Assembly (NCBI GenBank): GCA_016182555.1
Contig: JACPGJ010000008.1
Location: 156,272-220,271, forward strand
Direction: 5' to 3'
DNA length: 64,000 nt
DNA from: Candidatus Kerfeldbacteria bacterium
Lineage (GTDB): Bacteria; Patescibacteriota; Patescibacteriia; UBA9570; XYC2-FULL-38-9
Shown here: positions 28,700 through 38,597 of the stretch, in pieces
Layout of the letters: each line of letters begins with the position of its first letter
Position numbering within the stretch: position 1 is the first letter of the stretch
The notes under the pieces: generated by a model
What the model was told of the DNA's origin: nothing
The model's input: only the letters and a program-made list of their open reading frames with translations
The model's database searches: none
Program-made: the position numbers and the translations under genes

Positions 28700-29179
28700 T
28701 TATTCAATACTATTTTTCCCAAAATGATGCACAATACCCATCGCATCGCACAACGCCGCTTTAATTTCGCTACGGGTAACTACCCCAAGTAATTTACCGT
28801 TTTCTACTACCGGTACAACATATAAATCGTTATTCAAAAAATCAGCAGTCACTGCCATAATATTTGTTTCCAAATTCACGGTGAGAAAATCGGTACGCAT
28901 AATCTCTTTCACTTTTTGGTGTTTCAATTCTTGGCAACTTTCGCTAAAAAAATGCCGTTTATACATGGCTTGTGCCATGTTCACATTATCTCGAAATTGT
29001 TCTGGCACAGTCGCTGCTGCAATATCTTGTACGGAAATAAGCCCAACCACTTCTTCGCGGTCATTGACCACAATAAATCCATTAAAATGATGATGCACCA
29101 ATGCTTTCAACACTTCTTCAATCGTTGTGTCTTCGTGGATGGTAATGACGTTGGCGTGATAAATGTCTGAAATGAGCAT
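28700..29179 (-). CDS. CBS domain-pair protein
   Basis: VVGLISVQDI and VPVVENGKLLGVVTRSEI. Confidence 0.9.
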   Translation of the reverse strand: MLISDIYHANVITIHEDTTIEEVLKALVHHHFNGFIVVNDREEVVGLISVQDIAAATVPEQFRDNVNMAQAMYKRHFFSESCQELKHQKVKEIMRTDFLTVNLETNIMAVTADFLNNDLYVVPVVENGKLLGVVTRSEIKAALCDAMGIVHHFGKNSIE

Positions 29180-29188
29180 ATTTCTCGT

Positions 29189-30232
29189 TTATTGACGTAA
29201 TTGTTCTTTAAAATAATCGACCCATGGAATTAAGCTCGGGTCTAAACCATAGATAAACGCCTCAAATAGACTAAGATAGCCACCAAATGACAATACATTT
29301 AACATTTGTGCGAGCTTCGTGCTGCCAGCGGCTTGATACTCTACCCATGCAATATTATTTTTACTCACAACCTCTTTTGTGAGTGCCATACGTTTTTGGA
29401 GATGAGCCGAATAGTGTGATGAATTGATGAATATCACGGTTAATTTTTTATCCTGCGGATATTTCAAGCCTTCCATAAAGTGATGGTTCAATTCTGGTAA
29501 TTCGCCATACGCTGCAAAACTTTTCGCTGTTTCATTCATTTGGTTACGCAAAATATGAACGTTCCCACCAAGGTGTTCGGCAGCAAACATCACCGGAATA
29601 GTTTGCTGTATCTGTTGAGCGATGGCCATAGCCTGCTGTTTCGTTGCTTCTTGATTTGCACGCACCTCTTGCACCGCTGCTTGCGCCTCTTCTTTTGTTA
29701 TACTGATGACACCCAACTGCCGCAACAATGCAATCGTGCCCATGCTCATATAACCTGTACCTAAACGCGGCTGGCCCGAGGGGTTATGTTTTGGTTCAAA
29801 AATAAACCCGGGGTATTGTGTGGGAAATAACTTTGCCAATGCACCACCAGAACTGAATCCAGTAATGTTCGCTTTTCGTACTTTCGCCTCTTCGGCACAC
29901 GAAAGCGGTTCTTCTGTGGAACCCGAGTAGCTGCTAAGCAACACCAATGACTGTTCATTCACAAAACCAGGTAGATGATAATCAGAATTGACCATCAATG
30001 GCCGCTGCAATTCGTCATGAAACAACGATTGAGCAATATAGCCGCCATAGGCAGAACCGCCCATTCCACATAACACGATATTGGCACTATTTTTGTATGC
30101 GTCCGTATACAGTTCGATATCAAAATGATCGTCAATAATTTGCTGACATTGATCAGCGAACATCTCTGTAGAACCATACACATTTTTAGGGTCGAGTGCA
30201 GCGAGCGCTTCGCGATTCGTAAGGTCGATCAT
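29189..30232 (-). CDS. Bifunctional phosphoglucose/phosphomannose isomerase (SIS, archaeal type)
   Basis: GMGGSA, SYSGSTEE, QPR, QMNETAK, PELNHH and terminal FK. Confidence 0.9.
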   Translation of the reverse strand: MIDLTNREALAALDPKNVYGSTEMFADQCQQIIDDHFDIELYTDAYKNSANIVLCGMGGSAYGGYIAQSLFHDELQRPLMVNSDYHLPGFVNEQSLVLLSSYSGSTEEPLSCAEEAKVRKANITGFSSGGALAKLFPTQYPGFIFEPKHNPSGQPRLGTGYMSMGTIALLRQLGVISITKEEAQAAVQEVRANQEATKQQAMAIAQQIQQTIPVMFAAEHLGGNVHILRNQMNETAKSFAAYGELPELNHHFMEGLKYPQDKKLTVIFINSSHYSAHLQKRMALTKEVVSKNNIAWVEYQAAGSTKLAQMLNVLSFGGYLSLFEAFIYGLDPSLIPWVDYFKEQLRQ

Positions 30233-30316
30233 AAAATATTTTAATCAATTGAGCTATTCTTGGTTCCTCCGCACACAATAAAGTATATCACCATTTATAC
30301 AAATATGCTATAATCC

Positions 30317-31423
30317 CTACTTGTTTATATACCGAGTGATCTTGCCTGAACCATCTGTATGAATGGCTGCTTGTAAGGCGGTAATTTTTTGTTCCACGCT
30401 CCACTGAAATTTTTTACAACCATCAATATATTCTTGAGTTAGGCCGCGTTTATCAGCAAACTGTTTTTCATTTGGTGAATCGACGACAATCACGTTGTTG
30501 TTTACCCAATGCTGCATCTGCATTTCTGCCAATTGTGCCCATTCTACCAGAATAATTCCATGAAGATCACGAATAGAGTTCCGGTAAATACGCTCTACAT
30601 GCGGCGCGACCAATTGCTGCGCCCAATGAATAATTTCCGGTTTTGAATTTGCGGAAAAAAGCTGTTGCGCCAACAACGGACGATTCACCTCTTTATGATC
30701 TGCGGAAAGTACTTGTTGTCCAAAACGCTGTGCCAATTCATAACGAACCGTATTTGCCGCAGCCGAATCTTCACCATAGAATTCATGAAGAAGTGTATCG
30801 ATATCAATATGATGTGCTTCATATCCCTCTTCTTGAAATTTAGCAACAAGACGGCGGGCTACTGTTGATTTTCCAACCGAGAGTGTTCCGGTGATACCTA
30901 TTTTGAACTGGCCGCATACCCGTTCTTCTATTGCCTGTTTCACAAATAACGGCACATACGGAGAAATATCTACTTGTAAATGGGCAAACGATTTTACCCA
31001 CGAAGAAGAGATATGCGTATACGGATGTGGGGTTTCCAAAAACACAAACCGATTCACTACACGCGGTTGAATCAATGTATACAAGGCCATCTGCTCTTGT
31101 TCGTTGACACGGTCATGGTCGTGGCGCAACCCGCGAAAAATAACATCACATTCTTCTTGAACAAACACATCGGTCAATAATCCAGTGGTTGGTAATACTC
31201 GTACTTGCTGCTCATTCAACCCAGATAGTTTCACTGCACGCTGCACCATCTGCGTGCGCTCTACTAAGCTGAAGGCATACCCTTCTTTTTTTGTATCGTT
31301 ATTAGCCACCAAAACAATTAACTCTTCACATTGTTGCAAGGCCAATTCAATCAATGACAAATGACCGTTGGTGACGGGATCAGCAGATAACGCAAAAATG
31401 CCTTTACGGTATTTTTTTGACAT
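30317..31423 (-). CDS. coaD: Fused pantetheine-phosphate adenylyltransferase and dephospho-CoA kinase (CoaD-CoaE)
   Basis: N-terminal SADPVTNGH, FSLVER, RGLR and HISSSWVK; C-terminal IGITGTLSVGKST, IDID and VNRPLLAQQLF. Confidence 0.85.
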   Translation of the reverse strand: MSKKYRKGIFALSADPVTNGHLSLIELALQQCEELIVLVANNDTKKEGYAFSLVERTQMVQRAVKLSGLNEQQVRVLPTTGLLTDVFVQEECDVIFRGLRHDHDRVNEQEQMALYTLIQPRVVNRFVFLETPHPYTHISSSWVKSFAHLQVDISPYVPLFVKQAIEERVCGQFKIGITGTLSVGKSTVARRLVAKFQEEGYEAHHIDIDTLLHEFYGEDSAAANTVRYELAQRFGQQVLSADHKEVNRPLLAQQLFSANSKPEIIHWAQQLVAPHVERIYRNSIRDLHGIILVEWAQLAEMQMQHWVNNNVIVVDSPNEKQFADKRGLTQEYIDGCKKFQWSVEQKITALQAAIHTDGSGKITRYINK

Positions 31424-31523
31424 GGTTCCCCTACTATACCCTAAAGCTTGCGACTATTTCAACACGCTTATCATTACACGAAAAAAATGATATACTCCTG
31501 TTGTTATATTTATTCAAAAAAAC

Positions 31524-31907
31524 ATGAAAAAAATTCATCAAACGTATGAAATTCACGCGCCGATTGGGAAAGTATGGCGTGCACTGGTTGACGCAAAATA
31601 TATTGATAACTGGGGTGGCGGGCCAGCAGTCATGGATGAAGCAGTAGGAACAGAATTTAGCCTATGGAACGGTGACATTTATGGTAAAAATATTGAAGTT
31701 ATTCCAGAAAAAAAATTAGTACAAGAATGGTATGGCGGTGATTGGCCACAGCCATCGATTGCCACATTTACGCTCTCTGAAAGCGATGGAGTGACCACCG
31801 TGGAGCTACTGCATGTAGGAATGCCTGGAGATGAAGTGACCAATTTCGAAGAAGGTTGGAAGGACTATTATCTAGGACCATTGAAAGAATACGTTGAAAA
31901 AAAATAG
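31524..31907 (+). CDS. SRPBCC/AHSA1 domain protein
   Basis: VWRAL, GKNIEVIPEKKLVQEW and GWKDYY. Confidence 0.88.
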   Translation: MKKIHQTYEIHAPIGKVWRALVDAKYIDNWGGGPAVMDEAVGTEFSLWNGDIYGKNIEVIPEKKLVQEWYGGDWPQPSIATFTLSESDGVTTVELLHVGMPGDEVTNFEEGWKDYYLGPLKEYVEKK

Positions 31908-31973
31908 CCGTATCAAAGCAGAGATTCTGGCGACACGCGGTTAAATATGGAAATGCAAGGATAGAATAAAAAA

Positions 31974-34949
31974 TTACTCTTCTTCCGTATACTGCAGCTG
32001 CAATCCGTTTGTGGTCATCACAAAACCGTGAATGGTGAGTTTTCCGGCATGAATTTTTTTGTGACATGCTTTACACAATGGTACCAAATTGAATTTATGG
32101 TCTTTGGGGATATGATCAATATATCCTTCTGTATTCGCTGTATGTTGCGGCCGAATATGATGCGTATCTTCTACTGCTTGTCTGCACACCGCACAGGAAG
32201 TCAGCAGAAGTTCTGGATGATACGGACTCCGTTGTTGCTTTGTTAATAATTCTGTTTCGGAATATTCATTTGCGAGCGTTTTGCGAATGGTCCATGCGTA
32301 CTTCAAAAATTGTTTATCCATATGCAGCGACTTTGCAAACTCTAACCCATATACCGCACTCCCACTCCCCGCTTGCAATGTACGTTCAAAAATAATCGTG
32401 TCCCGTGTTTCATCATATTGCACACCAAGATGAGCACTCACAACATGCGGCAGCTGCTTCACTACATCTAATTCTTGTAATTGGTGAAGATGCGTGGCAA
32501 ATAAGAACAATGCGTGTATTTCTGATAACCGCTGAATCGTGGCGCTGACAATCGCAATAGCAGAGAGGGTTTCGGTTCCGTGGCTAATTTCATCCCCAAG
32601 AATCATGCTGCGTTTGCTGGCGCGATTAAAAATATTTTTCAACTCCATCATTTCCACAGCAAATGACGATAAGCCTTTTTCCACTTGGTCACGAGCGATA
32701 ATACGCGTAAACAATTCGGTGAAGAGTGTGAACCGCATGGCTTTTGCCGGTACAAAAAAACCAGCTTGTGCCAAAATAATACAAATGCCGATGCTTTTCA
32801 TGAGCGATGATTTTCCACTCGAGTTAATACCATACAGCAATACACCACGAATATCGCTCTCCGTCATTTTGGTGAACACGGTATTTTTCTGCCGCATAAG
32901 GTTTCGATTCCCAAGCGTTACATCATTCGGCACATAGATCCCCTGCTCTTCTCGTGCTTCAATCAACGGGTGGCGCAATTGGAGAACTTCCAAAACGGTT
33001 TCTCCCGAAAAATTCACCATTTCTGGTCGCACAAAATTCAATGCACGCGCAGATTTCACTGTACTCACGGCCACATCAATTTTTGCGACATGCGAAACCA
33101 ACCGTTGCAACAACGCAGACCATTCACGTGTTATGGTCGCTAATTCCTGTGCATACAACTCTTTCACTAACGCAGCAATCTTTGTTTGCAATACCACAAT
33201 CTGTTCAGAAATATCGTCAATAATTTTTCCTGTTATTTTGACAGTTGTGGTTTGCAACTTGAAATTGAAATCACTGAATGCGTACACGGTGCCATCAATG
33301 GATACCATACTGGCTTTCAATTCATCTTGAATCAACAAATATCGGCTTTTCGTGAGCGTTAAATAATGGCCTTCTTTATCGAGCTGTTTCACCTGAACAT
33401 AATCCACATCTTCTTTTGCCGTTTTTTCTTGGAGCAACACCACCACTTTTGCACGAAGAATTTCTAACTTCGCTTCATGTGCTTTCTGCTCAGTGATCAA
33501 TGTATCAAGCATCCGGTCATAACCCGGTTGAAAAAACGAACAATCAATTGTTGCTGCTGTGGCTTTCGCAGTTTCGGGTAAATAAAATACTTGCTCAATG
33601 CGCGTCAGCAAATTTTGAATCATCGATTGCTCTTCATTGAGTAAATGGACAACATCGCTCACTGTAGCTGCCGTGCTCAATGCTTCCAACTCTATCATCT
33701 TCACAATGGCGCTCAGCGAATCGTGCAAAAACTGAATTTCAAAGGGGTGCAAGCGCCCTAATTGCATACGCCGCAGCAATCGTTCCAAATCGTAAATAGT
33801 ATTGAGCTGAGCAGAAATTTCTTTTTCCACTGGACGCAATTGTTCAACAAGATCAAACCGTTCTTCCAATTCGGCTGCATGGGTAATAGGGTGTAATAAA
33901 CGATCGCGCAACAACCGCCGACCAATACTGGTTGAAGTATAATCAATCAATTCCAACACGGTGAACTCTTGTGGATCTTTGGAAATAATGGTGAGTTGCT
34001 CCAACGGATTATTCCCTAAATACAAAAATTTTTTTGTATCCAAAATGTGTGGCGGGTTCAACGCTTGAATAATACCGTAATCATGTTCAATCACAAATTC
34101 CAGCAGCAAAACGAGTGCTTCAGAACTCAGGGGCATGCGTTCCAAATTCAAATATTCAATCGGCGAGAGCATCGATTTTGCTTCATACACCTGCTTCAAT
34201 AATTCATTTTGATACGCAACGGACAACCGTTTCGTATTCAGTTTTATATTCGCGTGCGCAGAGAGTTCCAAATAGTGTAACACCTCTGGCATCTTCACTT
34301 CACTGCTAAGCGCCGTAAACACATATTCCGATGTACGATATGTTTGCAACACACTAAACAATTCGTCTAACGCGTAGGTTGGGTCTTCTTCTGTACTGTA
34401 CATTTCAAGCACTGTGGTTTTTCCACTGGCGACATCCATCGTCGCCACACCAATGGCGTATACACCATGGTGTTGGTCAATCGTAACCGAAGAAACAAAA
34501 TTGTCGTCGTGGTCCAAAAGATAATCGATATTTACACCTGGCGACAATACGCAATCCAGATAGCGTGTTATTTTTGGTGGAATGCCGCGTTGACGAATGA
34601 TGACAATAGTGTATTTTTTTTCTTGAATAATGCGGCTAATGTAACGGTCGAACGCCGCTGTAGGAAAACCGGCAAGCAATGGATTTTGGACTGAATTTTC
34701 TAGAACCGATTTATTTTTTCGTGTCAGCTGAACATTAAGAATATCAGCGATCTCTTTTGATTTGCCAATTTTTTCTTTGTGGTTGTCAATGCCATACACT
34801 TCAAAAAATGAACCAATTTCCATGATAACGACCGTGTGCTCACCAAACTCCGCTTCACACAGGCGCTGAATACGAAAATAACTCTCAATCAGAGAGGGTT
34901 CATTTTGCGCCAATAGCGAATCAATTTCTTGAACAATGGGTGACTGCAT
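31974..34949 (-). CDS. mutS: MutS-family DNA repair ATPase with C-terminal HNH endonuclease (MutS7 type)
   Basis: Mismatch-recognition motif GSFFEVY, GRRLLR, RHPLIE, Walker A GINSSGKS, SSFAVEM, DEISHGTE, FATHLH and YGLEFA. C-terminus CAVC...HHI...NLVPLCKACHKKIH. Confidence 0.9.
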   Translation of the reverse strand: MQSPIVQEIDSLLAQNEPSLIESYFRIQRLCEAEFGEHTVVIMEIGSFFEVYGIDNHKEKIGKSKEIADILNVQLTRKNKSVLENSVQNPLLAGFPTAAFDRYISRIIQEKKYTIVIIRQRGIPPKITRYLDCVLSPGVNIDYLLDHDDNFVSSVTIDQHHGVYAIGVATMDVASGKTTVLEMYSTEEDPTYALDELFSVLQTYRTSEYVFTALSSEVKMPEVLHYLELSAHANIKLNTKRLSVAYQNELLKQVYEAKSMLSPIEYLNLERMPLSSEALVLLLEFVIEHDYGIIQALNPPHILDTKKFLYLGNNPLEQLTIISKDPQEFTVLELIDYTSTSIGRRLLRDRLLHPITHAAELEERFDLVEQLRPVEKEISAQLNTIYDLERLLRRMQLGRLHPFEIQFLHDSLSAIVKMIELEALSTAATVSDVVHLLNEEQSMIQNLLTRIEQVFYLPETAKATAATIDCSFFQPGYDRMLDTLITEQKAHEAKLEILRAKVVVLLQEKTAKEDVDYVQVKQLDKEGHYLTLTKSRYLLIQDELKASMVSIDGTVYAFSDFNFKLQTTTVKITGKIIDDISEQIVVLQTKIAALVKELYAQELATITREWSALLQRLVSHVAKIDVAVSTVKSARALNFVRPEMVNFSGETVLEVLQLRHPLIEAREEQGIYVPNDVTLGNRNLMRQKNTVFTKMTESDIRGVLLYGINSSGKSSLMKSIGICIILAQAGFFVPAKAMRFTLFTELFTRIIARDQVEKGLSSFAVEMMELKNIFNRASKRSMILGDEISHGTETLSAIAIVSATIQRLSEIHALFLFATHLHQLQELDVVKQLPHVVSAHLGVQYDETRDTIIFERTLQAGSGSAVYGLEFAKSLHMDKQFLKYAWTIRKTLANEYSETELLTKQQRSPYHPELLLTSCAVCRQAVEDTHHIRPQHTANTEGYIDHIPKDHKFNLVPLCKACHKKIHAGKLTIHGFVMTTNGLQLQYTEEE

Positions 34950-35040
34950 CGCGCCTATTGTACCATATTGAATTTGCGGATTCAAAATATGCTTCTATTT
35001 TGCTTCTATTTATGGTCCTTCGCGCCAATTCAATGTGGAT

Positions 35041-35079
35041 AAAAAAGCACACCCCTTATAATAAACGAGGGGTGTGCTT
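35041..35079 (-). terminator. Intrinsic terminator of the large surface-protein gene
   Basis: 12-bp stem AAGCACACCCCT/AGGGGTGTGCTT with a T-run on the minus strand. Confidence 0.8.
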
Positions 35080-35102
35080 AGAAACGATATAACCGCTACC
35101 AA

Positions 35103-37904
35103 CTACTCCGCAACAGTCGTAAATTTCTTCCACGCCGTATAGGCAGAACAACCAGTATTATTACACGCCCGCACACGGAATTGATATGCTGTTCCGGGCA
35201 ACAACCCGCCAGCCTTCTTTTTCAATTTTTTCACATTCTTAAATTTATCCCACTGTTTCTGTTTCTTTACTTTCAACTTGCGCACTTGTACTTGGTATTT
35301 TTTCACCGTTGAACTTTTTGGTTTTTTCCAGCTCAGCAACGCAGAGGTACTGGTAATATTTTTCGCTACCAACTGGCGCGGTTCATTCGGCACCGCATTC
35401 ACCGAAGACAACCCTTTATCACCCAATGCACCGTATGTTGAAAAGTGATCCAACACAATCGTTAGTGTATTCGCATCTGTATCCACGATTGTAGAAACCG
35501 GACTCTCCCACGTATTATTATCTTCACTATACGCTCCTCCGCTCAAATCCTCTTCATCAATGCCGAAATCTTCCAACCGACTTTCATCATATTTCAAATT
35601 GAGCGTTAAATTAGAAGTAAATTCCGTTACTGCATTTCCTTCAGAATCAATGACGCTAAATTCATACGCATCAATCGGAAAATTATCATCAGAAACTTTA
35701 TAATCGGTTGCCGTATTCACGGTGAGTGTTCCATTTCCTGAATCACCGACCGCGTTTGCCGGAATAGTCAAGGTCGATTCGCCATCTGGCAATGTAATCG
35801 TCGTGTTTGTTGTTTCAGAAAACGTGTATGATGTTTCGTCAAAATAATCACCAGCTTGAGTTAATGTCACTTCCAAATCATCACTCCCACCCGATTGTTT
35901 GCCTGGTGTATACAACGTATCGCTGGAGCGGTAGAAGGTATCGTTCCCATACCCCATGCACCCAATATACCAATCATCACCACGCACCAAGCCCATCGAT
36001 CCTTCACCGCCGTCCATTTCTGCAAAATTTTCTACCCCGAGCGTTGGGCTATAGCCATAACAAAAGCTGTAATCTAAATCGTCACCGGTATCAGTTACCG
36101 TGATCAAATTCAGAGTCCAATTAGCCGTTCGTGATTGCATCGTCAATCGTACCGTTTCCCCAGGTTTTGGGGTTGTGGTTTCCCGCGGCGGCGGCAATAC
36201 TTCTCCAGAAAAAGCATCTTTGGTGTGAGCGAATACTTCATACGTTTTCCCACTAGCGACAGACAATTCCGCAACACCATTGTCGTTCGTGACTCCGCCA
36301 ACAAAATTTCCCCAGCCACCTTTATGGCCACCTTTTCCACCCTTACCGTCTTTCCCTTCTTTTTCTTTAATATCTCCTTGCATGGCGGCTACCCAGGCAT
36401 TGGCTTCAGGGTCACCATTTTCATCCAGCACGGTCACTTTAATCGTTGCATCAGCAATTTGTAATACTACTTCAACATCTTGTGGATTATCTTCATCGCC
36501 AACCACAGTCACCATTTCATAATCCTGAATATATTCCGTTCCTTCAGAGCTGGCATAAATACCTTTTTCTGAAAAATCACCGCTATCTCCTTCATCGTCA
36601 CTATACTCATCATCGCCACTATGTTCACCGTCACCGCTGCCATCTCCACTATCTTCATCACCACCTTTTCCACTTCCTCCATCTCCGCTATCTCCTTCAC
36701 CCTTGCCATCACCATAACTTCCACTGCCATGATCTTGAATCCACCCACCCACTTGATACGTATACCCATCTAATACTTGCAAAGTGGCTTCTCCATCTTC
36801 TCCTTGAGTAAATGCACCATCTTGAAAATAATCATTACCCTCTGGATCCTTCATAGAGTACGCATAGGCTGAAAAAGAAGAAATATCGGTTAATGTATTT
36901 CCCTTGGCATCCACATAGCGGAAATTGATTGTTGCCGTGTATTCAATAAGGTTGATATCAATGGCGCCCGTTTCATCTGTTGCTACCGTTACCTCAGCTC
37001 CTTTTGCACCATAACCATATATCCATGCGTCGCATTTATAGCTACCAGCAACAACATTAATAGTGGCTGAACTTTCTCCTCCATTGATATGCCCAAAAAA
37101 GAATGTATCACCGCTCGAGTGAGAAGAATCTTTTCCACCACCATCCTCTTGCGTTTGCTCAGTGTCATCACTTCCGGTTTCAAAACAATTCACTGAACCG
37201 AATTGTTCATTGGTCAGCGTTACCACATTACCATCGGCATCTTTCAATGTGGCCACAATTATTGCATCTGTTTGCTGCACTGATAATTCGACTACGGTTT
37301 CACCATCTGCTTCTGCTTCTACATCATGCGCGAACGTAGACGTATATCCCGATTCAGAATAGGTACTAATAAACCACAAGGAATCGTTGTCCGCGGAGAC
37401 ACCAAAGGCGTATTCTCCATTTTCATCCGTAGAACCAAACGCATAACCACCCTCGCTCCACGCATTGATAGACACATCTGGTGCTGGCGCATCATCTTGA
37501 TCCGTCACATGCACCGTAATATAGCGCGATGCTGTTTCTAGGGTGTAATCTCCAAAATCCTGCGTGCCATCAACAGCCAAATCAAAATCAACCGTAATTT
37601 CTTCGGTAGTTGCATCAAACAATGAACAACTGGAACAATCATAGCTCGATGCCGGGTCGAAATAAAAGTAGTACGTTCCTTCGGCGAGGTCCGTAAAATA
37701 AAAATAACCATCGCTATCTGTTGTTGTGTACCCAATTTGGGCCTGCGATGCATCTAATAACTGCACGGCCATACTCTCGACCGGTTGGCTGTCGGCATTC
37801 AACGCGCGTCCTTGAACCAATGAAACGGTCTCTGCATGCACTGCAGAAAAACCAAAAAACACCCCCACGAGTCCCAGTGTAAGAGAAAGTAAAATCCTCC
37901 TCAT
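35103..37904 (-). CDS. Large secreted acidic protein with carboxypeptidase-regulatory-like beta-sandwich repeats and a C-terminal fibronectin type III domain
   Basis: Signal peptide (AVHA), TTDSDGYF/TDENGEY/TNDNGVA repeats, a Gly/Asp/Ser tract, LDHFSTY and the Fn3 motif LLPGTAYQFRVRACN. Confidence 0.8.
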   Translation of the reverse strand: MRRILLSLTLGLVGVFFGFSAVHAETVSLVQGRALNADSQPVESMAVQLLDASQAQIGYTTTDSDGYFYFTDLAEGTYYFYFDPASSYDCSSCSLFDATTEEITVDFDLAVDGTQDFGDYTLETASRYITVHVTDQDDAPAPDVSINAWSEGGYAFGSTDENGEYAFGVSADNDSLWFISTYSESGYTSTFAHDVEAEADGETVVELSVQQTDAIIVATLKDADGNVVTLTNEQFGSVNCFETGSDDTEQTQEDGGGKDSSHSSGDTFFFGHINGGESSATINVVAGSYKCDAWIYGYGAKGAEVTVATDETGAIDINLIEYTATINFRYVDAKGNTLTDISSFSAYAYSMKDPEGNDYFQDGAFTQGEDGEATLQVLDGYTYQVGGWIQDHGSGSYGDGKGEGDSGDGGSGKGGDEDSGDGSGDGEHSGDDEYSDDEGDSGDFSEKGIYASSEGTEYIQDYEMVTVVGDEDNPQDVEVVLQIADATIKVTVLDENGDPEANAWVAAMQGDIKEKEGKDGKGGKGGHKGGWGNFVGGVTNDNGVAELSVASGKTYEVFAHTKDAFSGEVLPPPRETTTPKPGETVRLTMQSRTANWTLNLITVTDTGDDLDYSFCYGYSPTLGVENFAEMDGGEGSMGLVRGDDWYIGCMGYGNDTFYRSSDTLYTPGKQSGGSDDLEVTLTQAGDYFDETSYTFSETTNTTITLPDGESTLTIPANAVGDSGNGTLTVNTATDYKVSDDNFPIDAYEFSVIDSEGNAVTEFTSNLTLNLKYDESRLEDFGIDEEDLSGGAYSEDNNTWESPVSTIVDTDANTLTIVLDHFSTYGALGDKGLSSVNAVPNEPRQLVAKNITSTSALLSWKKPKSSTVKKYQVQVRKLKVKKQKQWDKFKNVKKLKKKAGGLLPGTAYQFRVRACNNTGCSAYTAWKKFTTVAE

Positions 37905-37968
37905 AGTTTTTTGTTACTAATTATGAATAGATGAAGTATAACAAACTGTTTTTCAGTTGGCAAAATTT

Positions 37969-38310
37969 TTATAAAATAGCTAATAGTTCAATGTCAAAAT
38001 GTAATGTGGCGCCGCCAGGAATGACACCGCCTGCTCCGGCACTTCCGTATCCCAGTTGTGGCGGAATAACGAGGCTGCGTTTTCCACCGACTTTCATACC
38101 CGAAACACCTTCATCCCACCCCTGAATGACCATGCCCGCACCCAAGCGAAAATTAAACGGTTTGCGGTCAACAGAACTATCAAATACACGGCCATCAGGA
38201 AACATACCGGTATAATGCACACTCACGGTAGTTCCCTTTTTTGCTTCGTCTCCTGTACCGATCTGGGTATCTTCGTATTGTAAACCGCTGGGTGTTGTGG
38301 TCATATTCAT
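37969..38310 (-). CDS. FKBP-type peptidyl-prolyl cis-trans isomerase
   Basis: VHYTG, FDSS, VIQGWDEG, IPPQLGYG and IPGGATLHFDIELL. Confidence 0.95.
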   Translation of the reverse strand: MNMTTTPSGLQYEDTQIGTGDEAKKGTTVSVHYTGMFPDGRVFDSSVDRKPFNFRLGAGMVIQGWDEGVSGMKVGGKRSLVIPPQLGYGSAGAGGVIPGGATLHFDIELLAIL

Positions 38311-38337
38311 GCTGTTAATAATTGTTGTTTATAGAGG

Positions 38338-38583
38338 TTATACTAACTTACCGCATAAGGCAATTTTTTCTGCACGAGTCATTCGTTTTATTTGCGCTTC
38401 TCGTTTAAGCGCTTTGCTTTTTGTGCCTGCCTTTTCTGTATAGATAATTTTAACTGGTTGGTGTGAACGCGTGTAGCGGCTCGCTTTACCAGCTTGGTGT
38501 TTGGCAAACCGTTCGGCGACATTGGTTGAGATACCAGTATATAGCGTGCCGTCAGTACATTCCAAAATATAAACCGAATACAT
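38338..38583 (-). CDS. GIY-YIG nuclease (UPF0213/YhbQ-like)
   Basis: VYILEC.DGTLYTGI...R..KH..GKASRYTR...ALKRE.QIK. Confidence 0.92.
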   Translation of the reverse strand: MYSVYILECTDGTLYTGISTNVAERFAKHQAGKASRYTRSHQPVKIIYTEKAGTKSKALKREAQIKRMTRAEKIALCGKLV

Positions 38584-38597
38584 ATCTCATGAAATAA

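Noticed and set aside
36570-36730. Tandem repeat-like DNA, also at 44980-45220
   Set aside because: It encodes Gly/Asp/Ser and Asp/Glu low-complexity protein tracts and has no repeat-spacer structure, so it is not CRISPR.
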